From Thelocarpon superellum (Eukaryota), in NCBI GenBank assembly GCA_026025795.1, contig JAPEUG010000077.1:1-54532 (forward strand): a DNA stretch of 54,532 bases, in the 5' to 3' direction. The notes under the pieces are model-generated. The model worked only from the letters and a program-made list of their open reading frames with translations. It was not told the origin of the DNA and did no database searches. The position numbers and the translations under genes are program-made. Of the stretch, positions 34,230 to 44,896 are shown in pieces. The first letter of the stretch is position 1. Every line of letters starts with the position of its first letter.

Positions 34230-34672
34230 TTACTTCGTATGGCTTGCGGTAGGGCATGGGGTAAGATGGGTGTTGACCCACTGAAACACGGAGTTGCCAA
34301 AAGGTTCACACCTCAACACCTCATCGGTAGGCAAGCAACGGTCCGCATCTCCCGGGTTGCAAAGATCTTGCTCAATTGGATTTTGGTTGTTGCAAACCGT
34401 ATAGTCCTTTCTGTGATCATACTCCCAAGTTGCAAACCCGCCGTCGTTTTGACAGACGACAGCTTGCGTTCCAGAACACGTTGTATTGGCTCCAGGTGAG
34501 CATGATCCGTGGATCGTCACGGATGGAGAGCTTTCTTGACTGCTGCAAAATCAGTCGTCTATCGCCTGGTAATCATCTTCGCCAAGAAACCTTACCGGGT
34601 GACAAGGGCCGGTGAGGAAGTGGCGACAGCAACCAAGCCAAATATGGTAACACAAGTAGCGAGCCAAGACAT
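34230..34672 (-). CDS. Small secreted cysteine-rich protein (129 aa) with two internal 4-Cys repeats
   Basis: Signal peptide MSWLATCVTIFGLVAVATSSP, intron 34595-34543 (GTAAGG...ACTGAT...CAG), eight Cys in the mature part, and a TATATA box near 34791-34796. Confidence 0.82.
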
Positions 34673-35698
34673 GTTCGGAGCAAAGACAATTACTTGGTAT
34701 GAGACAGAGACAGACGTATTTTGGGGGGGTGATACCAAAGTTGTGTCTGATTCGAATAGGTTGATGATCTTGGCGAGGTTTGAACGGCTCTATATACTCA
34801 GGACAGGCTCATTGATAAACGCCGCCGCACAGATAAGCCCTGGAGCAAGGCAGCCTTGTGAAACTTCCAAATTCCAAACTCATCTTGTTTGGGTCGCCGC
34901 ATGAGTAGATATATTTAGTGATCTGTACCATTTACTAACGTTGGTCATGCGACGTGATATGCTAAGGTTATGCTGCTGTTTCGATGAGACTTTAGTGCAG
35001 TCAGAATTGGATGCATGACGCCACCAAGTAGCTCGTGCTCGGATAACAACCATGGAGCATAGCGCACGCCTACCTCACCGCTGACGTGCACCTCGCAGCT
35101 GCCATGCTGCGACACTTCGATTGAAATGCTGCGATGCCTTGGTTGCATCGCTGCATTGCATCAAGGGCGACTACATAAGACAGTTGGTGCTATATCCGTA
35201 CGTTATACACACAGGTCCCATTTCATCCACTCCAGGCGGTGAACCTCATGGACGAAGAGGGACAGCTACGACATAGCATCCTGCTCCCTCTTGATGGCGG
35301 GTGAACTGGGTCAATTTAACCTCTCTGCATTGATACGATCCACATGTCTAGCTACAGCTTCGAAGAATTGAAGAAGTTGTCTCCCGCGTAGAGTCGACAA
35401 TGTGATGCTGCAGGATAGACGGAAAGGATCACGGCAAACATGAGAACGGCCTGGCCCCCGGCACGCCGAACCACTACACCTTGGGCAGATGCAGCGGTGT
35501 GGCACGACCGAATGACATGGTGGAGTCTCTCGAAAGAATCAGGGTACTCCCGTCCGACCTAGGCAAGCTGGCTGCATGGCTGACGAGCGACAGAGGTTTC
35601 CACGCCGCCCATTCGGTGCTACAGGAGTAGGATTAGCGAGGAGCGCTTGGATATTGGTCGGAAGACTGACGGAAGTCACGGCTGATGCTGGCGCGAGG

Positions 35699-37788
35699 TT
35701 ACCAGCCGCTACCTCCAGCTGCGCCCGCCTCCCATGCGCCCGAGGCAGCGACAGGCCCACTCTCCACCGCCACGCCGGCAGAGGCCAGAGGTTCGGCTCC
35801 GCCGTAGCCTTCCGTGGTGTCAGGCACCGGCTGCTTGCAGCGTTTGACAGTGTGGCCCACTGTCCCGCCGACTGTCAGCGCGAATCCTCGCGGCCCCCTA
35901 GCGCCGGGTGACCTACTCTCTCCACAGTTGTTGCACTTGACCTTGCTCCAGTCCGTCGGAAGAGGGCATTCGCGCGAGAAATGGCCCACTAAGGATACCA
36001 TCGTGAGTGCACGGAGGAGAAGACGACAGACGAGTCGAACATACCTTGATCGCAATTCCGACAGGCCACCGTGGCCATGTTGCGAGGCTCTGCACATTCT
36101 TTGGCCATATGGCCTTCCTTCCTGCGAAACTTTTAGCAGCTTGCAAAGAGTTACGACCATGGCCTCACATACCCGCAATTGCGACAGCCACGAGATTCTC
36201 CACCCGTCGGGCAGTCTTTGGCAAAATGACCCACTGTTGCATCGTCAATGCTATGCGTGGTGGACTGACGAGGTTGGGGACATGCTCTGGCCGCAACGCT
36301 TGCACTCGATCCCTCCAGCGGAGCGGGGCTCCGTGCACTCGGTCGACTTATGGCCTCGCTGCCTAAGGGACGATCTCCATCAGCTCACAATCGGAAACCA
36401 ACGAGTGATGGTGGCCACCGACTTGCAGTTTCGGCACGCGTAGGGGTCGTCACGAGCCTGGGGACAGTCACGAACGCGGTGTCCTTGCTCTTGGCAATTG
36501 GCGCACTTGACCTCGACACGATCGATCGTCTCTTCAATCGGACAATGCTTGCGAATATGACCGAGCTCTGCCCACGTCAGTGGGGTGACAGGATGGAGCG
36601 GCGTGGTGATATCGTACCATCGCACTTGCTGCAATACTCCACCAGACGGTCATGGAGGAACCCCGCGTTTTTCAAGCGGGTGAGGTTCTCCGCCGCGTTC
36701 GCGGGCCATCCCTCTTTTTCGTTCTTCGCTCGAGGCGTTGGCTGAAAGTGATAGGAGGCCTTGTACTGGCGATCAATCTTGCCCTGGAGGTCGACAAGGG
36801 TAAAAGCCTTGGGGAGCTCGGGTTCCTGGGGAGATTACAGCATGAGTCATGGTAATCCACGTACAGGTAGGGCCCGAACGACGGGCGTCGGCAGACCTAC
36901 CACAGCAATGAGGTACAGACGGAGCTTCTGGTCACGGAAAGCCTGCTCCAGTTGCAATAGGGTGGTCCCGGGAACGGCCTTGCAGTAGGATGCAATGGCC
37001 TACGGTCGTCGGTCATCATAAGCCAGCGGAAATAGGCCTTGGATGATAGGAAAGGGATGTAGACCCACGTCACGAATGTCCTCCATATCACGATCCTCAA
37101 CGGCCGTCTTCAATTCCTCCCAGGCACTCTCGGCGTCCATGACTTTGACATTCGAGACATCCAAGACGCGGTTGTTCTTGCAGTCGATCGCCTTATGACC
37201 TACGAGGCGTTCGTCAGTATCGCATGCTGCCCGTCCATGCGATTCTTCGAACGCGCGAACCTTCTTGTGTGCAGTTCTTGCAAACCTCGGCGGGACGAGT
37301 GGGGCACTCGGCGGCAGGATGGCCTTCTTGCCCGCACACACGACAGGTGCCGATGAAGAGCTTGGCATTGGTGCAGTCGACTTTGTTGTGGCTGAGATGA
37401 TATGATCAGCCCACGGGCACAGCGAACTGGGTCGGATTGCCTTACCCCGTCTCGCCGCAGTTGTAGCACGTTCCGGAGAATTTCTTCTCCTCCGGGCACT
37501 CACGGGACATGTGGCCAGGCTGACCGCAACTGCATCTGCGTTAGCCTCCCATGATTGCGGACGCAGGCAAGGGTGATCGACGCACTTATGACAAGCACCA
37601 CCATGGAAAGAATCCTCATGCTTGGAGATGTTGACGGGCGGGAGACTGAAATCATCGCCTTCGGGCGTCACGGGAGGCTTCCAATCCACCTCGGCCCCTG
37701 GCACCGGACCCTGGTTCCATTCATCATCGCCAGGGGTGGGGCCCGTGGCCCATGCTTCGGGCTTGGTGTTTTCGTCTTGCCAAGTCAT
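35699..37788 (-). CDS. Multi-zinc-knuckle (about 11 x CCHC) nucleic-acid-binding protein, CNBP/Byr3/CnjB-like
   Basis: Repeated CX2CX4HX4C units (e.g. CRVCGQEGHPAAECP, CANCQEQGHRVRDCP) in two blocks around a helical linker (AWEELKTAVEDRDMEDIR, WPANAAENLTRLKNAG). About 10 short introns. Confidence 0.9.
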
Positions 37789-38666
37789 GATCGCGATTTA
37801 CTGGAGATTGGTGGATGCGTAGGCTGTGAAATTGGGTCAGAGACGCTCAGTGCATGATAAGAGCCGGGTGGCGCGTCCGCCCAGAATCATACGGTGAGGA
37901 GTCGGCACGATCTCACCTTCTTGTTCTGTGGGTCAGATCTTTGAGGTTGAGTGGCTCAGCTGGATGAAACCACAAACTTGCTTGGGGAGCGACGATGTGA
38001 ACAGACGAGACAAGGCGCGTCGACCGCAGACGAGTTCTTGCTGTTGGTGAGGGAAGCAGAGGTGGAGAAAGAAGACTCTACCAATGGTCAAGGAGAGCCA
38101 GAAAGCAAAGACAGCCTGGCCCTTTCTAGTGGCTCGCAAAGAAATGAGGTCAGATGGTAACGGCTGAAGAAGGTGTGGCTGGAAGAGTGAGACTGGAGCA
38201 GCAGTCGGAGAGATAACGAAGGCGCGAGGGGAACGTTTGGGCAACAAGCGCGTCACTCACGGGGTTGGCCGGGTACGTAAGTCTCAGTCCGTTGCCGTCG
38301 ACGTCTCCGTCGGTATACATTGGAGGTGAATCGGTCATTCAACAGGCGCCAGACTTTGTGATCCGTAAAGACAGGGGTGAGACGCGTGCGTGCATCTCCA
38401 TGTGGTGCATGCCCGATAACTGAGCCTTTACTGACAAACATGGTGATTGAGGGGTGCGCTTCACGTCAAGTGCGGATGTCACTTGTAGGCGGGCCTTCAC
38501 GAAACATATGGCGGGATAAATACATGTGCCAGTGTGGGAGACCGCTTTATCCTCTCCTTTCCCGCCGGCAAAGCGGAGCAAGCGCAGCGCTCGTCAGAGC
38601 TCATCTGAACTACAGGGACAAGACGCCGTCACACGCCGATGCAGGAAAGCAAGCGGAGCCATACTC

Positions 38667-39496
38667 CTAGAGAATGGCGCCCACGATGTCGGACCCAATC
38701 GTCGCACCCTAGCGAAAGGTCAGCGATGCGCTTGCGCGGACCAGGAAGGGAACGAACCGCGCCAAAGATGGCGGCGTTTCCCAACTTTTTGCCAAACTTC
38801 TTGCCCGCACCCTCAAATTTGCTCGGCTTCACCGTGCCACCCGGGGTCGTGGCGCTTTCGCTAACATCCAGCGGCATATTCCCGTAGTTTGTGGATGGAA
38901 CCGGGGGGTGTCCCCGCTCTTCCACAGTCTTGACGTAAGCGCGGGGGAAAATACCCTCCTGGCCAGTCCGCTCATTCCGTCCCTTCCACCATTCTTCATT
39001 AACGTACTCGAGCACAGCTACGCGGTCATTCGGCTGCAGGGCCACGTCACCGGCGTCGGTCGGACTGTAGGCATACAGCGCCGACGCCACGATGAGCGGC
39101 GGCGCCGCACCATATGCAGGTGGGGGCGGTGCAGGTGCCGGCGAAGTCGCTGAGCTAAAGTAGTTGTGCTGTTGCTTTCCATTCAGGCTGGCGTCGGCGA
39201 ACTGGTTCACAGCTGGCTGAGGAGTAGGGGCGGTGGTGGTGATGCTCGCTGCCGTACCTACCGCAGAGTGCAGAGGAGCGTGAAGAGCGGTTTGGGCAGG
39301 CAGCTGAGCGAGGATGGAAGACAGTTGTTCAGGGGAGATGACGGAGGCATCGGTGAGGTATTCAAGTTCCTATCGGGTGGATCAGTCTCTGGACCCTAGG
39401 TCAAGCTCTCCGTCGAGATCAAGGAGGGCTTACGGTGCGGATATTGCGGAGCGAGCGGTTCGTGATGGCGTTGTTCATCTGCTCCATGTTGGGCAT
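38667..39496 (-). CDS. SH3-domain protein, Pin3/Lsb1-like
   Basis: Three exons give NRSLRNIRT|ELEYL, SH3 ALYAYSPTDAGDVAL...EEWWKGRNERTGQEGIFPRAYV, a PPAY motif, and KKFGKKLGNAAIFGA|GATIGSDIVGAIL*. Confidence 0.92.
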
Positions 39497-40139
39497 CGTA
39501 GTTGGAGTAGGTTTTTTCGATGTCAGCTTCTGGAAGAGTAGTGTTGCTTGACATGGACGTCCTCTGTCCAAGGGTTCAAAGACATGGAGTAGATGAAGTA
39601 AGAGCCGAGCGTCTGGACCATTGCGCGGCCCATGGTTGACGTGACGGAGCTGCGCCACACACACACGCCACCCGCTAACATCGTATGCTGCGTTACAGTC
39701 CGCTGTCCGCCGTCCGCTGACCCACTATACATTTCCCTTCTTCGCTTGGCTACCTCGCGTTCCCACTCTGCCCCTCGACGGATCAATCCGATACCGCGGG
39801 TTCAGCGCCTTCACGTGACTCGTCACGGTCGATTCTGCCGCGGCCACATCGGTGCAAGGTTGGTCTCGCGCTACAGTATTCCATTCCCGATGGAGAGGCT
39901 CCCGCGTGCGTTGAGAGCTGCTGTTGTGTCCAGGAACGTTTCTAGAATGAACGGATTTGTCGCGTTGTGCTTTTCTTGTCTCACTTACCGCAAGGGAGAA
40001 ACGGCTTGAAACGAAACGCATGCAAACTTACTCATGTAGGAATCAGAGCTGAGTTGCTAATCTACGCGTAGTCGGGATAGTGATAGGAGTGGGCACGTGA
40101 TCAGGTCACGTGCGCGCTCCTACACTTACGTCAAATCGG

Positions 40140-40170
40140 TCGTCTAACTGACGTCTAACTGTCGTCTAAG
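40140..40170. repeat. 11-bp tandem repeat overlapping the stop codon of the CCCH gene
   Basis: (W)CGTCTAACTG x2.8. Confidence 0.7.
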
Positions 40171-41262
40171 GTTCAATCAAATCGACCTCCTCTCTATCGC
40201 TTTGGTCACCACCGTAACTGAACTGATCCACCCAGATCTGGCGCGCAGGAAATAGCGGGTCAGTGCCCTCCGTTAGATCCCCCATCAAGTCCACAAGTGT
40301 GCTTGTGACCGGTGGCACTACCGCCGTCCCTGACAGGGTCGACGTTGACGCTCTCTCTCCGCTGGTCTCTTGAGAGTCCAGAGAAGGGTCCTCCGTGCCC
40401 TCGCGGCCAGTTTCTTGACTATCGACCCGCTCGGGCACATGGGTGGAAGGAGTGGTGGGGTGGGCGCTCGTGTCTCCCGTGGGCTCATCGGAATTCGGGC
40501 CGGCCGGCTTGTTCTTTCGAGCTCGGGCCTGGAAATGGCGGGCGCGGCGGGATGCGCGGGGCGAGAACAGCTCGGGATGCTTGACCTGCCACCAGAACGG
40601 CCAGCGCATCGCGTCCCAGCCGATGGCGCGAAGACCCTCCATCGTGTCCGGCATCTCGTGCCGGTACTTGCAACCCTGCGGTCGATGAACGAAGGCACAG
40701 GTCCCGGTTTTGACCCAGTGCGTGCACACATGCTTCCCTCGGCCGTGGTCACCGGCCGTGGCGGAATGTGTACGCGGTGGTGTCGAGTGCTCCGTGGGCT
40801 GGGTGTCGCTTGACTTTTCTCCCGCGCTTGAGCAATGATCCGGCGTTTCGGGGCTCACCGGGGACAGCGTGGAAGCCGACTCCTCTTCGTGGACGTCGAG
40901 TCGGGAGATGAAATCTCTATCACCGTCGCATCATGAGTGTCAGTGAAAACGTGGAGCGGGCAGCAGAAGACTGACGAGAGGTGAGACCGGTCGAATGCCT
41001 CCACTCCCACACCACCGACCCGCGGTGGCGAGGCTGTGCGCCCTCCGACCCGGTTCATCTTGGTCGCTTTCTCACCCTCGCCGGCGGCGAAAGCTCCTCT
41101 AATTTCGATCATGCCCTTCAGCCCGGGCAGGCTCATCCAGCTCGAGGCTTCCGGAAGGACGACTCCGGAGGTCAGCTCGTCCATGGGAATCAATGGCGTG
41201 ACGGTGCCATTCTCTCGCCGCAAGTAATATCGCCAGCGGGGCGGGTCGGTGCAAGACGCCAT
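40166..41262 (-). CDS. CCCH zinc-finger protein, paralog A
   Basis: Exons 41262-40976 and 40916-40166 (intron GTCAGT...CACTGAC...TAG). N-terminal YYLRRENGTVTPLIPMDEL, and finger CTHWVKTGTCAFVHRPQGCKYRHEMP...GW...WPFWW. Confidence 0.8.
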
Positions 41263-42238
41263 GCTCTCCCGACCTCAGTCACCACTTATATAAGGTAGGT
41301 GACAAGGAAGCGGTCCGAATGAAATGTCTGTGGTGAAAGTCAAGGATGCCAAGTGCGCTTCGGAGTGAGCGAAGTCGATCTTTACCGCAATGTTGATCAG
41401 AGCTCTTTCAAGAGCTTGGAGAGGATGAAGAGGATAGGGAGGGTGACGAGGTTGACGGGGATGGAGAGGCTGAATGAAGCCGACGAAGGTGGAGGGTTGG
41501 AAAGAGTATGTAGAGGAGAGAAGAGAGGAAGCCTACGGCAGCGAGACGAGGTCTTATATAGCTGGTAGGTCGCAGCATGCCGCAGCCTATCGCCGGAGGG
41601 AAGAGCAAACATGGCCGTGGTCCTCATAGTGACTTGAACCATTTCCTTGTCTCTTGAAGCGAGAACTGTGTCCAATTAACCTTGCGGCGGCTGCGATAAG
41701 TAGCTTCGGATGAGCTAGAAGTAAAGGAAGATTAATTCTCGAATTTGAGGTCAAGTACTGCATTGCATGTAGGCATGGTCATGGGGCCCGTCTAACGATT
41801 CAGCCGCTAGAATGCAACTGAAGCGTGAAGGTAAGGTGACGGTGAAGGTGAGACAAAGTTTCGGAGCTCCGTCTCGTTTCTGCTTGCTCCTCCTATCTTC
41901 TAGTGGTCCTACGGCGTCAGTTGATTTATGAGCGCTTCGCCCATGATCAGCGCGTCTAGAGTACTTACGCCACGTCTGGACCATGATCTTCACCTCCTTT
42001 TTACTTCCGCCGGTAGCGTCATGGGAGTGGTGAGATTTACGATCTATCCAGTGTAGTTGAAACATGAACGAGACCACGGACCAAACGGTACGCAAGGTTA
42101 CAACCCCATGGCGAGAGATGCGTACGAGGCAAGCGGCCAGCGGGAAGCGGCACGGAAGCTCACGGTTGTCCCTGCGCCACCTGTCGATAGCCAAAAGGCT
42201 GGCCCGACACTCGGCGTCCCATACATTTCTGTTCGTCT

Positions 42239-43803
42239 CTATTGTAGGCTCGCTCGGTCGAGGGCGGCAAGGAAGCCGAAGGCGTCTTCCTCGGCGGCCA
42301 AGTGATCGTGGGCCATCTGTTCGGGCTTTTTCTCCGGGGTACCGTGATGTGCGCCATTGCTCACAATCGTTACCCCTCCGTCGGAAGACGCGAGGCCTAG
42401 ATGGTGGCCTCGATGGCGGCGACTCGGCGATCCTTTGGACGGAGAAGTACGTTGGATGGCATACTGGAGAGTGGAGCCCGATACGTTACCGTCAAGGTGC
42501 GCGGACCGGGCCTTGGCGGAGGCCGAGGGTGACGCAGTCCCCGAGCCCGATGGAATCGAAGTAGTTGGGGGAGCAATTGTGCCAAATCCAGGGTGGACGC
42601 CTGGCCCAAGAGAGTCCGTGTCGGGCATAAGGCCATTTCCCGAAGGTCCTGAGATGGAACCTGAACCGATCACAGGAGGGAGGATGCTAGTCTTTTTACC
42701 CGTACCATCGCCGCCCTGGCGTACACGCATTCGTGTCTCGGCTGAGGCTCGGGCGGCCGCAATGATTCCTTGACGCGCCTGAGGTGAGATGGGATGCTCC
42801 ACGGCTGATGGCAACGGCTGATGGTCGCGAGGCGGACCATGGTTCTCGACGGGAGCGGGAGGCGGCGCACTCGGCTGACGCCCGACCGGAAGTAGCGAAG
42901 ACACTGGCCCTTGCGCAAAAGAGGAAGCTCGATGGCTGGCTTGATTCGCGGCTCGTGTCGCGCGATAGCCCGTTCGTGGTGTCACTAAATTTGCGGGCGC
43001 ACGAGCTTGGGCCGGCAACGAAGGATCAGCCGTGGAGGGGGTGTCACGACCTGCTTTGCCGCCGTGTGATGCACGCCAGCTTGCATCGCGAAGCTCGGCG
43101 TTCTGGCGGTCAATCCACCACTTGGGCAGAGTCTTCAAGCCGACGTCGGACATGGTTTCGGCGTCTTGTGGCATCTCATGTTTGAACATGCAGCCCTTGA
43201 GGGAATGGGTGAAGGCACATTCGCCGTGGAAGAGCCAGTGCGTGCAATACGTCTTCTGGGCTGGCTTGCCCGCGGGGCCCGACTTCTTTGACGAAGGGGT
43301 TCGCTTCTTTGCCGACGAGGCAGTGATGGCATTGATCAGTCCCTAGAACCCGTCAGCGCTGCAGGATTCAGCGGTCGCACCGAGCGAAATACCTGCGTGT
43401 GCTCGTCTTCGGCGGGCGGGCTGGACTCTCCCTGGGCTCGCCAGGGCATCATCCGATGCTCGGGTGGGGCCGTCACTGGAGCTGCAGCCCCGGCATGTTG
43501 CGGGCGCACGGTAGAGAGGGTGGTCCCAGTGAGTGCCGGGCCTGATGTAGGGGCCTTATCGGGTGCGCGATCGATGACATAGTAGCTCGCAGCTTTGTCG
43601 ACAGTGCCAAGATTGACCATGCCCACGGTGTCATTGATACTGGCAAAGACCCGGGGAACGCCGCGTATATTGATATCAAGGGGCAAGTCGTCCACGGCAA
43701 TGACAGGCACTAAACTGCCGCCGTCGCGACAAAGAAAGTGGACCGGGTAGGGAGCCTTCCCATGGCTGTAAATGCCGTTGTTGGTGACCGGTCTATTAGA
43801 CAT
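42239..43803 (-). CDS. CCCH zinc-finger protein, paralog B
   Basis: Exons 43803-43393 and 43342-42239 (intron GTATTT...GCTGAC...TAG). N-terminal HFLCRDGGSLVPVIAVDDLP...GVPR, and finger KTYCTHWLFHGECAFTHSLKGCMFKHEMP...VGLKTLPKWW. Confidence 0.83.
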
Positions 43804-44466
43804 GGTGCCGCGTAAAGAGGGCCGATCTTCTCTCGCGTGTTAGTCAGGGCGGAAGGTACAGTGAGGTCAGATGGCATCCATACTATGGATTGTAGTACAA
43901 TCGATCTGGACCTGGTCGGTCAGAGCTGTCTCTGTCCGAAACTGTCTCAGTTTAGCGGAGCTGCTGGGTCGGCAGACAGGCGAGGAACCACGGCTCCAAG
44001 ACACCGCGGGGCTGGGACTTTCTTCTCGATGATGGGTGCAGATGAAAGAGTGTGGCGTCAATGCCACGGACGATGAGAGTGGGTCTGACAATGTGATGCC
44101 ACACCGTGGGTAGAGAAAGTATCTGGAACAGCGTCACTCCGACGGAAGGTGAAGAAGATGGGAAGAAAATTGTAAACTGGAGGCTGGCTGGCTGCAGCCG
44201 GTTTGCTGGCGGAATCTTCGACTGCCTTCAGGCTCGGCACATTCACTGCAACCTGCGCTGCACTGTGCATCCCCACATGTCCTCACCAAGGCAGACGGTA
44301 GTAACGTACCAAGCGGCTTGAACAAGAGATGCTGGCGTCTCATGCGCGAAGGAAGGTACACAGTGATCGTCGACGTGGACGCCCATACTCCACCCTGCTG
44401 CTTCTGTGCACTGTGCACTGTGTATCTAGGATATTTGGAATCGGAAAAGTGGCATCCTCTGCCGAA

Positions 44467-44502
44467 GAACGTGGCGAACGCGGCGAACGTAGCGAACGTA
44501 GC
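44467..44502. repeat. 9-bp minisatellite
   Basis: GAACGTGGC GAACGCGGC GAACGTAGC GAACGTAGC. Confidence 0.8.
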
Positions 44503-44896
44503 GACCTTGTCAAACATGTCAAACGACGGGGATGCAGGCACCCGAGCCGGCGAAGAATGCCTCCTCAATGGCAGCTCCACAAGATGGATGGCGGCTGCGC
44601 AGCGTTGACAGTCGCGCGATTGATTTCGGACAGTCACCCGCTTCGCGATTGGTTCGGCCCCGGGCGTGAGAACAGGCTTGGGCACACGCCGATTCGCCTC
44701 TGTGAGTATCTTCGCGGGAGCCTGACTGGCGAGCTCGCTCCACAGATCTGTCACATTGAACAACGCTCGGCCGGCCGACCGCTTCACGCGGAGGCCGAAA
44801 TACTTCATCAGAGCTTCAAACGGAGGCAAGGCCGTGCACTTCGGATGGGTATCATTCGCGAACAGGCCACGGCCATAGGAAAACTCCATCACACCC

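Noticed and set aside
33499..34281. 260-aa minus-strand ORF between the DUF427 and Cys-rich genes
   Set aside because: No domain, atypical composition, and it overlaps both neighbours.
35699..37788. CCHC knuckles as retrotransposon gag
   Set aside because: Many spliceosomal introns, about 11 knuckles and no pol or LTR indicate a cellular gene.
30632..44502. Short direct repeats as a CRISPR array or transposon ends
   Set aside because: They are contiguous tandem copies without spacers, no terminal inverted repeat, LTR, transposase or RT is nearby, and the context is eukaryotic.
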